From an uncultured Chloroflexia bacterium (GTDB taxonomy: Bacteria; Chloroflexota; Dehalococcoidia; UBA2979): a stretch of DNA of 64,000 nucleotides. The stretch lies in contig CAVSIV010000001.1 in NCBI GenBank assembly GCA_963728205.1, forward strand, positions 288,001 through 352,000, read 5' to 3'. The translations under genes and the position numbers were made by a program. Positions 31,745 through 41,508 of this stretch are shown piece by piece (within the stretch, counting starts at the first letter, position 1; each line of letters begins with the position of its first letter). The notes beneath the pieces were generated by a model. It was not told the origin of the DNA. It saw nothing but the letters and a program-made list of their open reading frames with translations, and did not search any database.

Positions 31745-31772
31745 CGCCGGGCGCGCCCGCCCCGCGCGCCGC

Positions 31773-32606
31773 TCACGTCGCGCTCCGGCCGGGCAGCAGC
31801 CGCGCGCCGAGCCGCCGCAGCACGGGGCCGGCGACGCGCTTCGGCGTCTCCGACAGGCCGATGACCTGCTGCATCACCAGGCGCCGAGCGCCGATCTGCC
31901 GCCACGACACGGCGGCGCCCTCGACGCCGTGCGTCTGGCGCGACTCGATGGCGCGTCGCAGATCCCCGGCGGTATGGCCCGGGAAGAGGGTGTAGGCGGA
32001 CTGCAGCGCCTCGATGAAGTGCGTGTCGCTGCCGCCGGTCTCGGCGAGCCCGTAGCGCTCGCGGTTCATGCGGTGCGCGCGGGCGCGCGTCACGCGGCCG
32101 GCCGGCGAGAGGTTCGCGATCTCGATGCCGTCGGGGCGCGTCTCGGCGTCGTTCTGCGCCAGCACGCCCTCGAGCGTGCGCTGGCCGATCGAGCGCGTGA
32201 GGTACGAGAACGGGTGCGGGACGACGGCCAGCCCGCCGGCGTTGTGGATCGCGGCGACGGTCTCGTCGAAGCGGCGCAGCGGCTTGATCGGCGCCTCGAC
32301 CCAGAGCGCGAGGAGGTGGCCCGAGCGCGTCGTGACCTCGATCCCGGGCACCAGGTCGAAGTGGTAGCGGCCCCGCGCGTGCGCCTCGCGCGCCGCGAGG
32401 GCGCCGCGAATGTCGTCGTGATCGACGATCGCGATCACGTCGAGGCGGCCCTGCTGCTCGGCGCGGTCGAAGAGCTCGGTCGCCGTCGCGGTGCCGTCGC
32501 CGTAGGCGGTGTGCACGTGCAGGTCGGCTCGCCCGAAGAGGGGCGCTTCGTCGCGAGCGAGCCCGCGGGGCGAATCGACCGGCCGGGTGCCGGCGTCCAT
32601 GGCCAT
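31773..32606 (-). CDS. PHP-family metal-dependent phosphoesterase
   Basis: ADLHVHT..GDG, IVDHD, GIEVTT..GHLL, VPHP, GGSDTH. Confidence 0.88.
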   Translation of the reverse strand: MAMDAGTRPVDSPRGLARDEAPLFGRADLHVHTAYGDGTATATELFDRAEQQGRLDVIAIVDHDDIRGALAAREAHARGRYHFDLVPGIEVTTRSGHLLALWVEAPIKPLRRFDETVAAIHNAGGLAVVPHPFSYLTRSIGQRTLEGVLAQNDAETRPDGIEIANLSPAGRVTRARAHRMNRERYGLAETGGSDTHFIEALQSAYTLFPGHTAGDLRRAIESRQTHGVEGAAVSWRQIGARRLVMQQVIGLSETPKRVAGPVLRRLGARLLPGRSAT

Positions 32607-32822
32607 CGCAGCCATTGTACGGAGAAAACGGGGTTGTGCCGCCGCCTTGCGCGGGGGCGAGCGGGGTCTCGAGGCCGGTGTTTCCGGGCTCATCCGCGCC
32701 GGGGGCGGCGGGGTGCGATGGAGGGGCGGAAGCGGCGGGCGGGGGCGGAACACAGTCGCTGCGTCACCGATGTGCGTGCCGCGCCCGCGGTGGCGGCGCG
32801 GTTGCTGCCGGAAACAGCCGGC

Positions 32823-33699
32823 TCACGCCCCCTGCTCGCCCCAGATTGGCTCCAGGGGGAACCACTGGTCGGGCGCCTCCCGGATGCCCGCCTCCAGGCG
32901 CGCCACCAGCGTGCGCATGCCGGACTCGAGGTCGGCGTCGCGGTCGCCGGTCTTCGGCGGGAGCGGGACCTGCTCCAGGTAGATGCGATAGCGCCCCGCG
33001 CCGGACCGCAGCACCCAGCCGTTCACGATCGTGGCGTTCGTGCGGCGCGCCAGCTCGACGGCGCCGGACGGCATCGGCGCCGGCTCGCCGAAGAACGGGA
33101 ACGGGCGCGCGGTGCCGAGCACGTCGCGATCCGAGACGGCGGCCACCGCGCCGCCCTCGCGCAGCACCGCGAGCGCGGCGCGCACGCCGCCCAGGTCGGC
33201 GGGCACGAACTCCACGCCGCCGCGCCCGCGCACGTGGTTCACGAACTCGAGCACGCGCGGCGGCTCCAGCGGCTCGGTGAACACGAGCGTGCGGAACGCC
33301 ATGAAGCCGATTGCCTGCAGCACGAACTCCGGATTGCCGAGGTGCGACGACGTGAAGATCACGCCGCAGCCGCGGTCGAGCGCATCGAAGAAGCGGTCGA
33401 GGCCGTCGATTCTCGTCGACGCACGCGAAGACGTCCTCGGGCGCGAGGTGGTAGTAGCGCGCGAAGTCCGTGTAGTAGCGCGCGGCGCTGCGCACGGCCC
33501 CGCGCGCGGCGCGGTCGACGGCGCGCCGCGGTGCGCTGCGGCCGAGCACGCGGCGCATGTGGCCGCGCGTCGTCGCGCGCAGCCGGGGCGACGCGTACCA
33601 GGCGAGCGTGCCGCCGGCGCCGGCCGCCGCGTCGAGCAGACGCGCCGGCAGCCGCCCGACCACGTGGACGAGGAGCCACAGCATCCAGTATCGCGCCAC
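32823..33699 (-). CDS. Lysophospholipid/lipid A (PatA/LpxL-like) acyltransferase; +1 insertion at about 33410
   Basis: N-half '...YYTDF' joins C-half 'GVIFTSSHLGNPE...SDRD..FFG...PDQWF' after removing one base. Confidence 0.8.
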
Positions 33700-33702
33700 G
33701 CC

Positions 33703-34593
33703 TCAGGCCGTCCGCGCCGCCGCTCGGCTCGCCGCCGCGTCCGCGAGCCAGAGGTGCCGGAAGATGTACCACTGGTCCGGGTACCGCCGGACGATCTCCT
33801 CGAGCTGCGCGAAGATCGCCTGTGTCAGGTCGTGCACGTCGCGCTCCGTCTCGCCGCTGGGCGTGAACGCCACCGGCGCGACGATGCCGGAGACGCGGTC
33901 GTTCCACGGGGCGATCCGTGGCAGTGCGCCCACGACGACGGATGCGCCGGTGCGCAGCGCGATGCGCGCCGGTCCGTCCGACACCGCGACGGCCCCGTCG
34001 AAGAACTCGACCTCGACGCCGCGGTCGAGCGCCGGGATGTCCGCCAGCACAGCGACGACGTCGTTGCGCCGCAAGGCGCGCAGGATGCCGGGACCCATGC
34101 GATCGGCGGGGATGATCGTCATGCCGAGATGCTCGCGCGAGCCGAGCACGAGCCGGTTGAGCCGGTCGTTCGCGAAGCGGTCGGCGATCACCGCGATGGG
34201 GAAGTCGCGCAGCGCGAGGATGGCTGCGCCGAGATCCCAGTTCCCGAAATGGATCGTGACGAAGACGATGCCGTTGCCGGTGCGGTGCGCGCGCACGCGG
34301 TCCCAGTCGTCGAAGACGACGCGTTCCTCGATCTCGCGCGGCGTCGTGCTCGTGAAGCGCAGGAAGTCGACGATGTAGGCGGCGTAGTTCGCGAACGAGC
34401 GACGCGCGTAGCGTCGGGCGAGCCGCTCGTCGCCCCCGGCGACGTGCCGCATGTTGTCGACGCAGCGCCGCCGGCCCCCGGGCCACGCGGCATATGCGGC
34501 CAGTCCGCCGGCGCGGGCGCAGGCATAGCCGACGCGAAGCGGCAGGACGCGCAGGAACGCGGAGCCGGCACGGAACAGGAGGTAGAGCAGCAT
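33703..34593 (-). CDS. Lysophospholipid/lipid A (PatA/LpxL-like) acyltransferase
   Basis: HFGNWD catalytic motif, LAD, VEFFD, GPARIALRTGA, PDQWYIF. Confidence 0.9.
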   Translation of the reverse strand: MLLYLLFRAGSAFLRVLPLRVGYACARAGGLAAYAAWPGGRRRCVDNMRHVAGGDERLARRYARRSFANYAAYIVDFLRFTSTTPREIEERVVFDDWDRVRAHRTGNGIVFVTIHFGNWDLGAAILALRDFPIAVIADRFANDRLNRLVLGSREHLGMTIIPADRMGPGILRALRRNDVVAVLADIPALDRGVEVEFFDGAVAVSDGPARIALRTGASVVVGALPRIAPWNDRVSGIVAPVAFTPSGETERDVHDLTQAIFAQLEEIVRRYPDQWYIFRHLWLADAAASRAAARTA

Positions 34594-34697
34594 TCGCGCG
34601 AGGCTACTATGCGTCGCGCGTCCGGGGGAGAGCGAAACGACGGAGCGACGCGTTCGCGCGCGAGCGAGGGACGTCGTGCCGCGCAACACGACGACCC

Positions 34698-34794
34698 GCG
34701 GCGAGCGGAGGGCGTGCCGCCCTCCGACTCACCCCGACGTGATCTCGTGGCTTGCGGGACGAAGTCGGAGGGCGGCACGCCCTCCGCTCGCCGC
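34698..34794. repeat. Perfect 32-bp inverted repeat (REP doublet, family B)
   Basis: gcggcgagcggagggcgtgccgccctccgact (34698-34729) and its exact reverse complement at 34763-34794; each arm contains cggagggcg-tgc-cgccctccg. Confidence 0.9.
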
Positions 34795-34805
34795 CGGGAA
34801 CGCCG

Positions 34806-36158
34806 CTACTCCTTGACGTACTCGTCCTGGTAGTACTCCTGGCCGAGGTGAGTGATCTGCTCCTCGCCCATGAGCCAGCGCAGCGTGTTCTTGAGCTTCG
34901 TCTGCTGAATGAACAGGTCGTTCTCCGGGTAGAGGTTGGGCGCGTGCTGGGGGCTCTTGAAGTAGAACGAGAGCCACTCCTGGATCCCCTTGAGCCCGGA
35001 TCGATGCGCCAGGTCCATGAACAGGGCGAGGTCCAGCACGATCGGGGCCGCCAGGATCGAGTCTCGGCAGAGGAAGTCGACTTTGATCTGCATCGGGTAG
35101 CCGAGCCACCCGAAGATGTCGATGTTGTCCCAGCCCTCTTTGTTGTCACCCCGAGGCGGGTAGTAGTTGATGCGCACCTTGTGGTACAGGTCGCCGTACA
35201 GGTCCGGGTAGAGTTCGGGCTGCAGGATGTGCTCCAGCACGCCCAGCTTGGACTCTTCCTTCGTCTTGAAGTTCTCCGGGTCGTCCAGCACCTCCCCGTC
35301 CCGGTTGCCGAGGATGTTGGTGGAGAACCAGCCGTTGAGGCCGAGCATGCGCGCCTTGAACATCGGCGCCAGCGCGGTCTTGAGCAGCGTTTGCCCCGTC
35401 TTGAAGTCCTTGCCGCAGATCGGCAGCCCCCGGTCGTTCGCCAGCTTGACGAGGGCCGGGATGTCGACCGTGAGATTCGGCGCGCCGTTCGCGAGCGGCA
35501 CGCCTTCCATGAGCGCCGCGTAGGCGTAGAGCATCGACGGCGCAATCCACTCGGAGCCGGCCTCGATCGCCGCCTCGAAGTCCTCGAGGTTGCGGTGCTC
35601 CGGGTGCTCCTCGATGAAGATCTCCGTCGACGCCGCCCACACCATCACGAGGCGGCTGCAGTTGTGCTTCGCCTTGAAGTCGCGAATGTCCTGGCGGATG
35701 CCCTCCACCAGGTCCATCTTCGAGGTCGACTGCTTCACGTTGGTGCCGTGGATCGCCTTGGCCCAGCGATTGTCGAACGCCGCGGTCATCGGCTCGATCG
35801 ACTTCAGAAAGTCGGCGATGGGCTCGATGTGCTCGTAGCGGTCGAGAACGCCGCAACGCAGCGCGGCCTCGTAGGCGTTGTCGGCGATGGGGTCCCAGGC
35901 GCCGAACACGAGGTCGTTCAGGTCGGCCAGCGGCACGAAGTCCTTGATCAACGGCATGTTCTCGTCGGTGCGCTTGCCGATGCGGATCGTGGCGCCCTGC
36001 GTCAGCGTGCCGAAGGGCTTGGCGCCGCGTCGCAGGTGCTCGACGCCGGCGAGGAACGTCGAGGCGACGGCGCCGAGACCGACGAGGAGGACGCCGAGCT
36101 TGCCCTCCGCCGGAGCGATGCTGTGAGCCGCGCCGCGAACCGAGTCGTTGGCTTCCAA
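34806..36158 (-). CDS. ino1: myo-Inositol-1-phosphate synthase
   Basis: GLGAVAST, WAASTE, NGAP, GKDFKTGQT, NILGNRDG, GDNKEGWD, CRDSILAAP, FYFKSP; TTG start after AGAGGA. Confidence 0.95.
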   Translation of the reverse strand: MEANDSVRGAAHSIAPAEGKLGVLLVGLGAVASTFLAGVEHLRRGAKPFGTLTQGATIRIGKRTDENMPLIKDFVPLADLNDLVFGAWDPIADNAYEAALRCGVLDRYEHIEPIADFLKSIEPMTAAFDNRWAKAIHGTNVKQSTSKMDLVEGIRQDIRDFKAKHNCSRLVMVWAASTEIFIEEHPEHRNLEDFEAAIEAGSEWIAPSMLYAYAALMEGVPLANGAPNLTVDIPALVKLANDRGLPICGKDFKTGQTLLKTALAPMFKARMLGLNGWFSTNILGNRDGEVLDDPENFKTKEESKLGVLEHILQPELYPDLYGDLYHKVRINYYPPRGDNKEGWDNIDIFGWLGYPMQIKVDFLCRDSILAAPIVLDLALFMDLAHRSGLKGIQEWLSFYFKSPQHAPNLYPENDLFIQQTKLKNTLRWLMGEEQITHLGQEYYQDEYVKE

Positions 36159-36378
36159 GGTGATTCCTCTCCGTCGTGCCAGCGCGATGAGCGCCTCACG
36201 CCACTGCGCTGGGAACGATCCGTACTGGCCCGGTGCTGCAGGGCGCTTCGCTTCCGTCGCAGCAGGATGGCCAGAGCGCGTTGCCCTCATGTCGACGTGC
36301 GAGCGGGTCACGCGCCGACTGAAGGCAGGATAGGGAGGCGTCGTACCTTCAATCCAATGGAACTATTGTCTACAATCG

Positions 36379-36393
36379 ATAATGATGACTTAT
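36379..36393. promoter_or_regulatory. Candidate LysR box (T-N11-A dyad) in the divergent ino1/LysR promoter region
   Basis: ATAA-tgatgac-TTAT inside an AT-rich patch between the divergent genes. Confidence 0.55.
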
Positions 36394-36405
36394 GAGACTC
36401 TGGGC

Positions 36406-37269
36406 GTGTCGCCGGTCCCGAACGTGCACTTCCAGCAGCTCGTCTACGTGCGCGAGCTGGCGCGTGCCGGCACGCTGACGGAGGCCGCCGAGCGGCTCCA
36501 CGTGAGCCAGCCCGCGTTGTCGCAGGCGCTCGGCCAGCTCGAGCGCCGGCTGGGCGTGACGCTCTTCGAGCGCGCGGGGCGGCGTCGCGTCTTCACCGAG
36601 GCGGGACGCGAGGTGGTGCGCTTCGCGGAGACGGTGCTCGGCGAGGCGTCGGAGCTGCAGGAGCGGCTGGCGGCGCGCGGGCGGGGCGACGGCGGGACGC
36701 TGCGCGTCGGCATGATCGACGCCGCGAACCTGTACGTGCTCCCGGACACGATTCGTCGCTTCCGCGCGGAGCACCCGGGGGTCGACCTGCGGCTGCTCGT
36801 GCATACCAGCGCCGCGCTGCTGGAGCGGCTCGAGGCGTTCGAGCTCGACCTTGCGTTCGTGGTGGGGCCGCTCGAGGGCGACTACCAGGTGGTGGAGGTG
36901 CTGGACGAGCCGCTCTACCTCTACGCGCCGCGCGGGGTGCGCGAGCGGCCCGAGGACGGCAACTGGGTGCTCTACCCGGCGGGGTCGCAGACGCGGGCCG
37001 CCATCGACCGGGGGCTGGCGCGGCTGGGTCTGCGGCCCGAGGTCACGCTGGAGAGCAGCAACCCGGAGATCCTGCGCCAGATGGTCGTGCTGGGCCTGGG
37101 CTGGAGCGTGCTTCCCGAGGCGGTCGCGACGTCGAACCGCCCCGTGCTCGAGCGGCACCGTGACGACCCGGTGGCGACGCGCACGCTGCTCGGCGTGCGC
37201 CGCCGCCAGGCGCCGCCCGACGCGCGCGCCGCGGCGTTCCTCGCACTGGCCGGCGCGCCCGCGCGCTGA
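36406..37269 (+). CDS. LysR-family transcriptional regulator
   Basis: TLTEAAERLHVSQPALSQALGQLERRLGVTLFER; substrate-binding domain; start codon uncertain. Confidence 0.94.
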   Translation: MSPVPNVHFQQLVYVRELARAGTLTEAAERLHVSQPALSQALGQLERRLGVTLFERAGRRRVFTEAGREVVRFAETVLGEASELQERLAARGRGDGGTLRVGMIDAANLYVLPDTIRRFRAEHPGVDLRLLVHTSAALLERLEAFELDLAFVVGPLEGDYQVVEVLDEPLYLYAPRGVRERPEDGNWVLYPAGSQTRAAIDRGLARLGLRPEVTLESSNPEILRQMVVLGLGWSVLPEAVATSNRPVLERHRDDPVATRTLLGVRRRQAPPDARAAAFLALAGAPAR

Positions 37270-37410
37270 CGCGCCGCCCGCCTCCCCTCGCGGCCGCTCA
37301 CCGCGTCGACCGCCGCCGATTCAGCATCGCCGCGGCAGCGCCGACCCGCGCGACACAACAACGCCGCCCGGGGGCGGCGTCGCTGCTGTCTGCTCGGTTG
37401 GTCGGGAGTC

Positions 37411-37563
37411 TTAGGTGTGAGCCGCGGTCTTGCCGATCTTGAACATCTTCGTGCCACAGACCGGGCACTTCCCCTGCGTCGCGGGCTTGCCGTTCTTCAT
37501 CGTGATGGCCTCGGCGTCGGCCATCTCCCGCTTCTCGCGGCACTTCAGGCAGTAAGCCTCCAT
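37411..37563 (-). CDS. Small zinc-ribbon protein (DUF5679-like, 50 aa), absent from the ORF track
   Basis: MEAYCLKCREKREMADAEAITMKNGKPATQGKCPVCGTKMFKIGKTAAHT*; strong SD GAGGAGG; two CxxC pairs. Confidence 0.88.
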   Translation of the reverse strand: MEAYCLKCREKREMADAEAITMKNGKPATQGKCPVCGTKMFKIGKTAAHT

Positions 37564-37702
37564 GCATCCTCCTCGAGTGGCCCCGGCGCCGTCGGGCGCA
37601 TGCGGGTGCGTGGTGGCGCGTCCGGTCCCTCGTCGAGGCTGGGGCCTCGACCCGGGCGGCCAACTGGTGGGTCACACTCGTACCGCTCGTCCGGTTGGCC
37701 TG

Positions 37703-38677
37703 TCAACGCGTTTCAGGTTGCGAGTGAGACGCCGTCTCAGTTGACGCCGGGTGCGGATCGTGCGGGATCACCCGGTACGGATGCCACGATCCGACCGGCC
37801 CGGCCGGCCGCACGACCGCCACGAGCTCCCCGTCCGGGCCGTACGCGCGCACCCGCGACGGCGCGCTCGACAGCCGCACACCGCGACCGGGCATCGCGAC
37901 GACGTCGCGCCCCATGCGCAGGTCGGCGACCTGGCGCCGGCCCAGCAGCAGCGCCGGCCACCCCGTCATCACCGCGTCCGGCGCGTGCACGATCGTCTCG
38001 CCCTCGCCGCGTTCGAGCAGCGCGACCGCGAGGTCGAGCGGCACGGCGTCGCTGATCAGGAACGGGCCGACGGCTGTGCGGGTGAGCTCGGCCAGGTGCC
38101 CGCCGACGCCGAGCACCGCGCCGAGGTCGTGCGCCAGCGAGCGCACGTAGAATCCCTTGCTGCACTCGATCTCGACCGTGAGCCGCGGGCGCGCGGTCCC
38201 GATCCCGGCGAGCTCGACGCACTCGAGCGCGAACACGGTCACCGGCCGGGCCTCGAGCACGTGGGGGTTGCCGCGGCGCGCGGCGGCGTAGGCGGGGACG
38301 CCGGCGCGCTTCACCGCGCTGTAGGCCGGTGGCACCTGCCACTGCGGACCGCGGAACGGCGCGAGCGCCGCCGCGATCGCCTCCGCCGTGACGTGCGACG
38401 CGTCGTTCTCGGCGGTCACCGCTCCCTCGCCGTCGTAGGTCTCCGTCGCCACGCCCAGCGCGATCACGCCGCGGTACCGCTTGCGCGCGTCCACCAGCTC
38501 GTCGACGAACCGGGTGGCGTCGCCGATGGCGACGGGGAGGACTCCGGTGGCGTTCGGGTCGAGCGTACCGGCGTGGCCGACGCGACGCGTGCGCGCGGCG
38601 CGTCGAACGGCGCGCACGACGTCGAACGACGTCGGCCCGCGCGGCTTGTCGACGTTGAGGAAGCCCCGCAGCGTCAC
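37703..38677 (-). CDS. truB: tRNA pseudouridine(55) synthase
   Basis: NVDKPRGPTSFDVV, VGHAGTLDPNATGVL, PPAYSAVK, CSKGFYVRSLAHDLG. Confidence 0.96.
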   Translation of the reverse strand: MTLRGFLNVDKPRGPTSFDVVRAVRRAARTRRVGHAGTLDPNATGVLPVAIGDATRFVDELVDARKRYRGVIALGVATETYDGEGAVTAENDASHVTAEAIAAALAPFRGPQWQVPPAYSAVKRAGVPAYAAARRGNPHVLEARPVTVFALECVELAGIGTARPRLTVEIECSKGFYVRSLAHDLGAVLGVGGHLAELTRTAVGPFLISDAVPLDLAVALLERGEGETIVHAPDAVMTGWPALLLGRRQVADLRMGRDVVAMPGRGVRLSSAPSRVRAYGPDGELVAVVRPAGPVGSWHPYRVIPHDPHPASTETASHSQPETR

Positions 38678-38682
38678 CGGTG

Positions 38683-39048
38683 CTAGAGCTCGCGACCCTC
38701 GGAGCGCGCGACCTCGCGCATCATCGCGGTGAGGCGATCGCCCTCTTCGATCGAGCGGTCGCGCAGGAAGTGCAGGCGCGGCACGCGGCGCATGCGGAGC
38801 TGGCGCATCATCTCGTGGTGGAGGAACGGCTCGACGCGCGCGAGCGCCGCGAGCACCTCCTCGGCCCGGTCGTCGTCCACGCCGAGCAGGCTGACGTGGA
38901 TGCGCGCAGTGGCCATGTCGGGCGCGACCACGACGCGCGTGATCGAGATCATCACGTCCTCGAGCACCGGGTCCTTCACCCGCCGCTCGAGCAGATCCGC
39001 GACGATGCCCTGGATGGTGTCGGCGACCTTCTCCGTGCGTCGCGTCAT
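38683..39048 (-). CDS. rbfA: Ribosome-binding factor A
   Basis: RTEKVA...VKDP...ITRVVVAPD...MRRVPRLHFLRDRSIEEG; between infB and truB. Confidence 0.95.
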   Translation of the reverse strand: MTRRTEKVADTIQGIVADLLERRVKDPVLEDVMISITRVVVAPDMATARIHVSLLGVDDDRAEEVLAALARVEPFLHHEMMRQLRMRRVPRLHFLRDRSIEEGDRLTAMMREVARSEGREL

Positions 39049-39219
39049 GGTGGTGATCCTGTCCCGGTCCGCCCCCGGCGAATGCCCCCGGCGAACGGCC
39101 CCGCGTCAGCGGGCTGAGCGGCCACGCCCCGCGAGGCTTCTCAGCCCCAGGACGCGAGCCCTTCGCCCGCGGGCCGTTCGCCCGCTGGACGCTCGCTCGC
39201 CGGGGCGCCGTCGATGGTC

Positions 39220-41016
39220 CTACCGCGTCTGCTCCATGTGGAAGGTCCGGATCTCGTCGCCTTCCTGGAAGTCCTCGAAGCCGACGACCTGGATGCCGCA
39301 CTCGAAGCCGGACGCGACCTCGCGGACGTCGTCGTTAAAGCGCTTCAAGCTCGCGAGGTCGGCCTCGTGCAGCTGCTCGCCGCCGCGGAAGACGCGCGCG
39401 CGCTGGCCGCGCCGCACCGTCCCGTCGCGCACGTAGCAGCCGGCGATGGCGTTGCGGCGGCCGAGCCGGAACACCTGTCGCACCTCGACGGTGGCGTCGG
39501 CGCGCTCCTCGTAGATCGGCTCGAGCATGCCCTTCACCGCGTTCTCGACGTCCTCCACGATGTCGTAGATGACGTTGTAGAGGCGGATCTGCACGCCTTC
39601 CTGGTCGGCGAGCCGCTTCGCGCCGGGCTCCGGCTGCGTGTTGAAGCCGATGATCACGCCCTTCGACGCGACCGCGAGCTGGACGTCCGACTCGGTGATC
39701 GAGCCGACGGACGCGTGGATCACCTTCACGTTGACCTCGTCGAGGCTGAGGTCTTCGAGCGTCTCCACGAGCGGCTCGACTGAGCCCTGCACGTCGGCCT
39801 TCAACACAAGGTTGAAGTCCTGCACGTTGCCCTTGTGGATCTCGCCGAACAGCGACTCCAGCGTGACGGCGGAGGCCTGCGTGCCGCCGGCCTCGGACGC
39901 GCGCCGGAGCCGGTCTGCCTCCGCGCGCGCCTCCTTGTCGCTCTTCCGCACGACGAAGCGCTCGCCCGCGGGGGGCACCTCGCTCAGTCCAAGGATCTCG
40001 ACCGGGGTCGACGGCCCGGCCTCCTTGATGCGGTTGCCCTCCGCGTCGGTCATCGCCTTGATGCGACCGTAGGCCAGGCCGGCGAGCACCGCGTCGCCCT
40101 GGTGCAGCGTGCCCGTCTGCACGAGCACGGTCGCGACCACACCGCGGTTGCGGTCGGTCGCCGCTTCGAGCACGACGCCGACGGCGTCTCGCTTCGGGTT
40201 CGCCTTGAGATCCTGCAGGTCGGCGACCGCGAGCACGTTCTCCAGCAGCGCGTCGATGCCCTCGCCCTTGAGCGCGGAGACCGGCACGACGATCTGGTCG
40301 CCGCCGAACTCCTCGGGGACGAGGCCGACCTCGGTCAGCTGGGTCCGGACGCGGTCGGGGTTCGCGTTGTTCGCGTCGATCTTGTTCAGCGCGACGACCA
40401 TCGGCACGCCGGCGGCCTTGGCGTGGTCGATCGCCTCGCGGGTCTGCGGCATCACGCCGTCGTCGGCCGCGACCACGATGATGGCGACGTCGGTGACGCG
40501 GGCGCCGCGGGCGCGCATCTGCGTGAAGGCCTCGTGGCCCGGGGTGTCGATGAACGTGACCAGGCGGCCGTCGGGGGCCTTCGCCTGGTAGGCGCCGATG
40601 TGCTGGGTAATGCCGCCGGCCTCGCCCTCGGTGACCTTGGTGCGGCGGATGGTGTCGAGCAACGTGGTCTTGCCGTGGTCGACGTGGCCGAGCACGGTGA
40701 CGACGGGCGCGCGCGTCACGAGGTCCGCGGAATCCTCCTCGACGACGCGCATCGAGGTCGACTCGGCCTCCGTCTCGCCGTCGGCGGACGGCGCCTCCGC
40801 CGACTCCTCCTCCTCGGGGGTGAAGCCGAGGTCGGTCGCGACCACGGCCGCGGTGTCGAAGTCCACGACCTGGTTGATCGTGGCCATGACGCCGTTCTTC
40901 ATCAGCTCCTTGATCACGTCCACTGCGGTGACGCCGAGGAGCTCTGCGAGGTCGCCGACGGCGAGCGCCTCGGGAATGCGAACCGGCCGGATCCTGGTCT
41001 GTGGTTCTGAAGTCAT
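39220..41016 (-). CDS. infB: Translation initiation factor IF-2 (short N-terminus)
   Basis: [45 protein letters not shown]. Confidence 0.97.
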   Translation of the reverse strand: MTSEPQTRIRPVRIPEALAVGDLAELLGVTAVDVIKELMKNGVMATINQVVDFDTAAVVATDLGFTPEEEESAEAPSADGETEAESTSMRVVEEDSADLVTRAPVVTVLGHVDHGKTTLLDTIRRTKVTEGEAGGITQHIGAYQAKAPDGRLVTFIDTPGHEAFTQMRARGARVTDVAIIVVAADDGVMPQTREAIDHAKAAGVPMVVALNKIDANNANPDRVRTQLTEVGLVPEEFGGDQIVVPVSALKGEGIDALLENVLAVADLQDLKANPKRDAVGVVLEAATDRNRGVVATVLVQTGTLHQGDAVLAGLAYGRIKAMTDAEGNRIKEAGPSTPVEILGLSEVPPAGERFVVRKSDKEARAEADRLRRASEAGGTQASAVTLESLFGEIHKGNVQDFNLVLKADVQGSVEPLVETLEDLSLDEVNVKVIHASVGSITESDVQLAVASKGVIIGFNTQPEPGAKRLADQEGVQIRLYNVIYDIVEDVENAVKGMLEPIYEERADATVEVRQVFRLGRRNAIAGCYVRDGTVRRGQRARVFRGGEQLHEADLASLKRFNDDVREVASGFECGIQVVGFEDFQEGDEIRTFHMEQTR

Positions 41017-41408
41017 GCCGCTCCGCTCTCCCCTTCGTCTCGTTCGTGTTGTGACGCCGTTCCCGCGGCCGGGGCCGCGGTCGCGACGGCGTGGTCGTGC
41101 GTCGCTGCGGCGGCGCTGGTGGCGAGTTGCTGCTCGTACGCCGCAAGCGTGCTGCGGTCGCGGTCGTCGAGCGTCGCGCGCAGCGCGTGGCCCAGGGCGC
41201 CCCCGCCGCGGGCGAGCGACGTCTCTCGCGCGCGCTGCCAGCACGCGGGCCGCCGGCAGAGGTACGCGCCCCGGCCCGGCGCGCGACGCGCCTCGTCGAC
41301 GACGAGGCCGGCGTCGCCCAGCGCGACGCGGATCAGCTCGCGCTGATCCATTGTCTCGCGGCAGGCGACACAGGTGCGCTGTGGGCGGTGGCGCGCCTTC
41401 ACGGGCAC
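41013..41408 (-). CDS. ylxR: YlxR-family RNA-binding protein
   Basis: PQRTCVACR...ELIRV...GRGAYLC; between nusA and infB. Confidence 0.9.
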   Translation of the reverse strand: MPVKARHRPQRTCVACRETMDQRELIRVALGDAGLVVDEARRAPGRGAYLCRRPACWQRARETSLARGGGALGHALRATLDDRDRSTLAAYEQQLATSAAAATHDHAVATAAPAAGTASQHERDEGESGAA

Positions 41409-41508
41409 TCCCTGCCTTCCGGCCCGCTCGCCGCGGATCGCCGGGAGACGAGGGCGCGACGCTCGGGCGCTCAGCCTTCCGCCCGCCGGGCGGAAGGCGT
41501 GCGACGAG

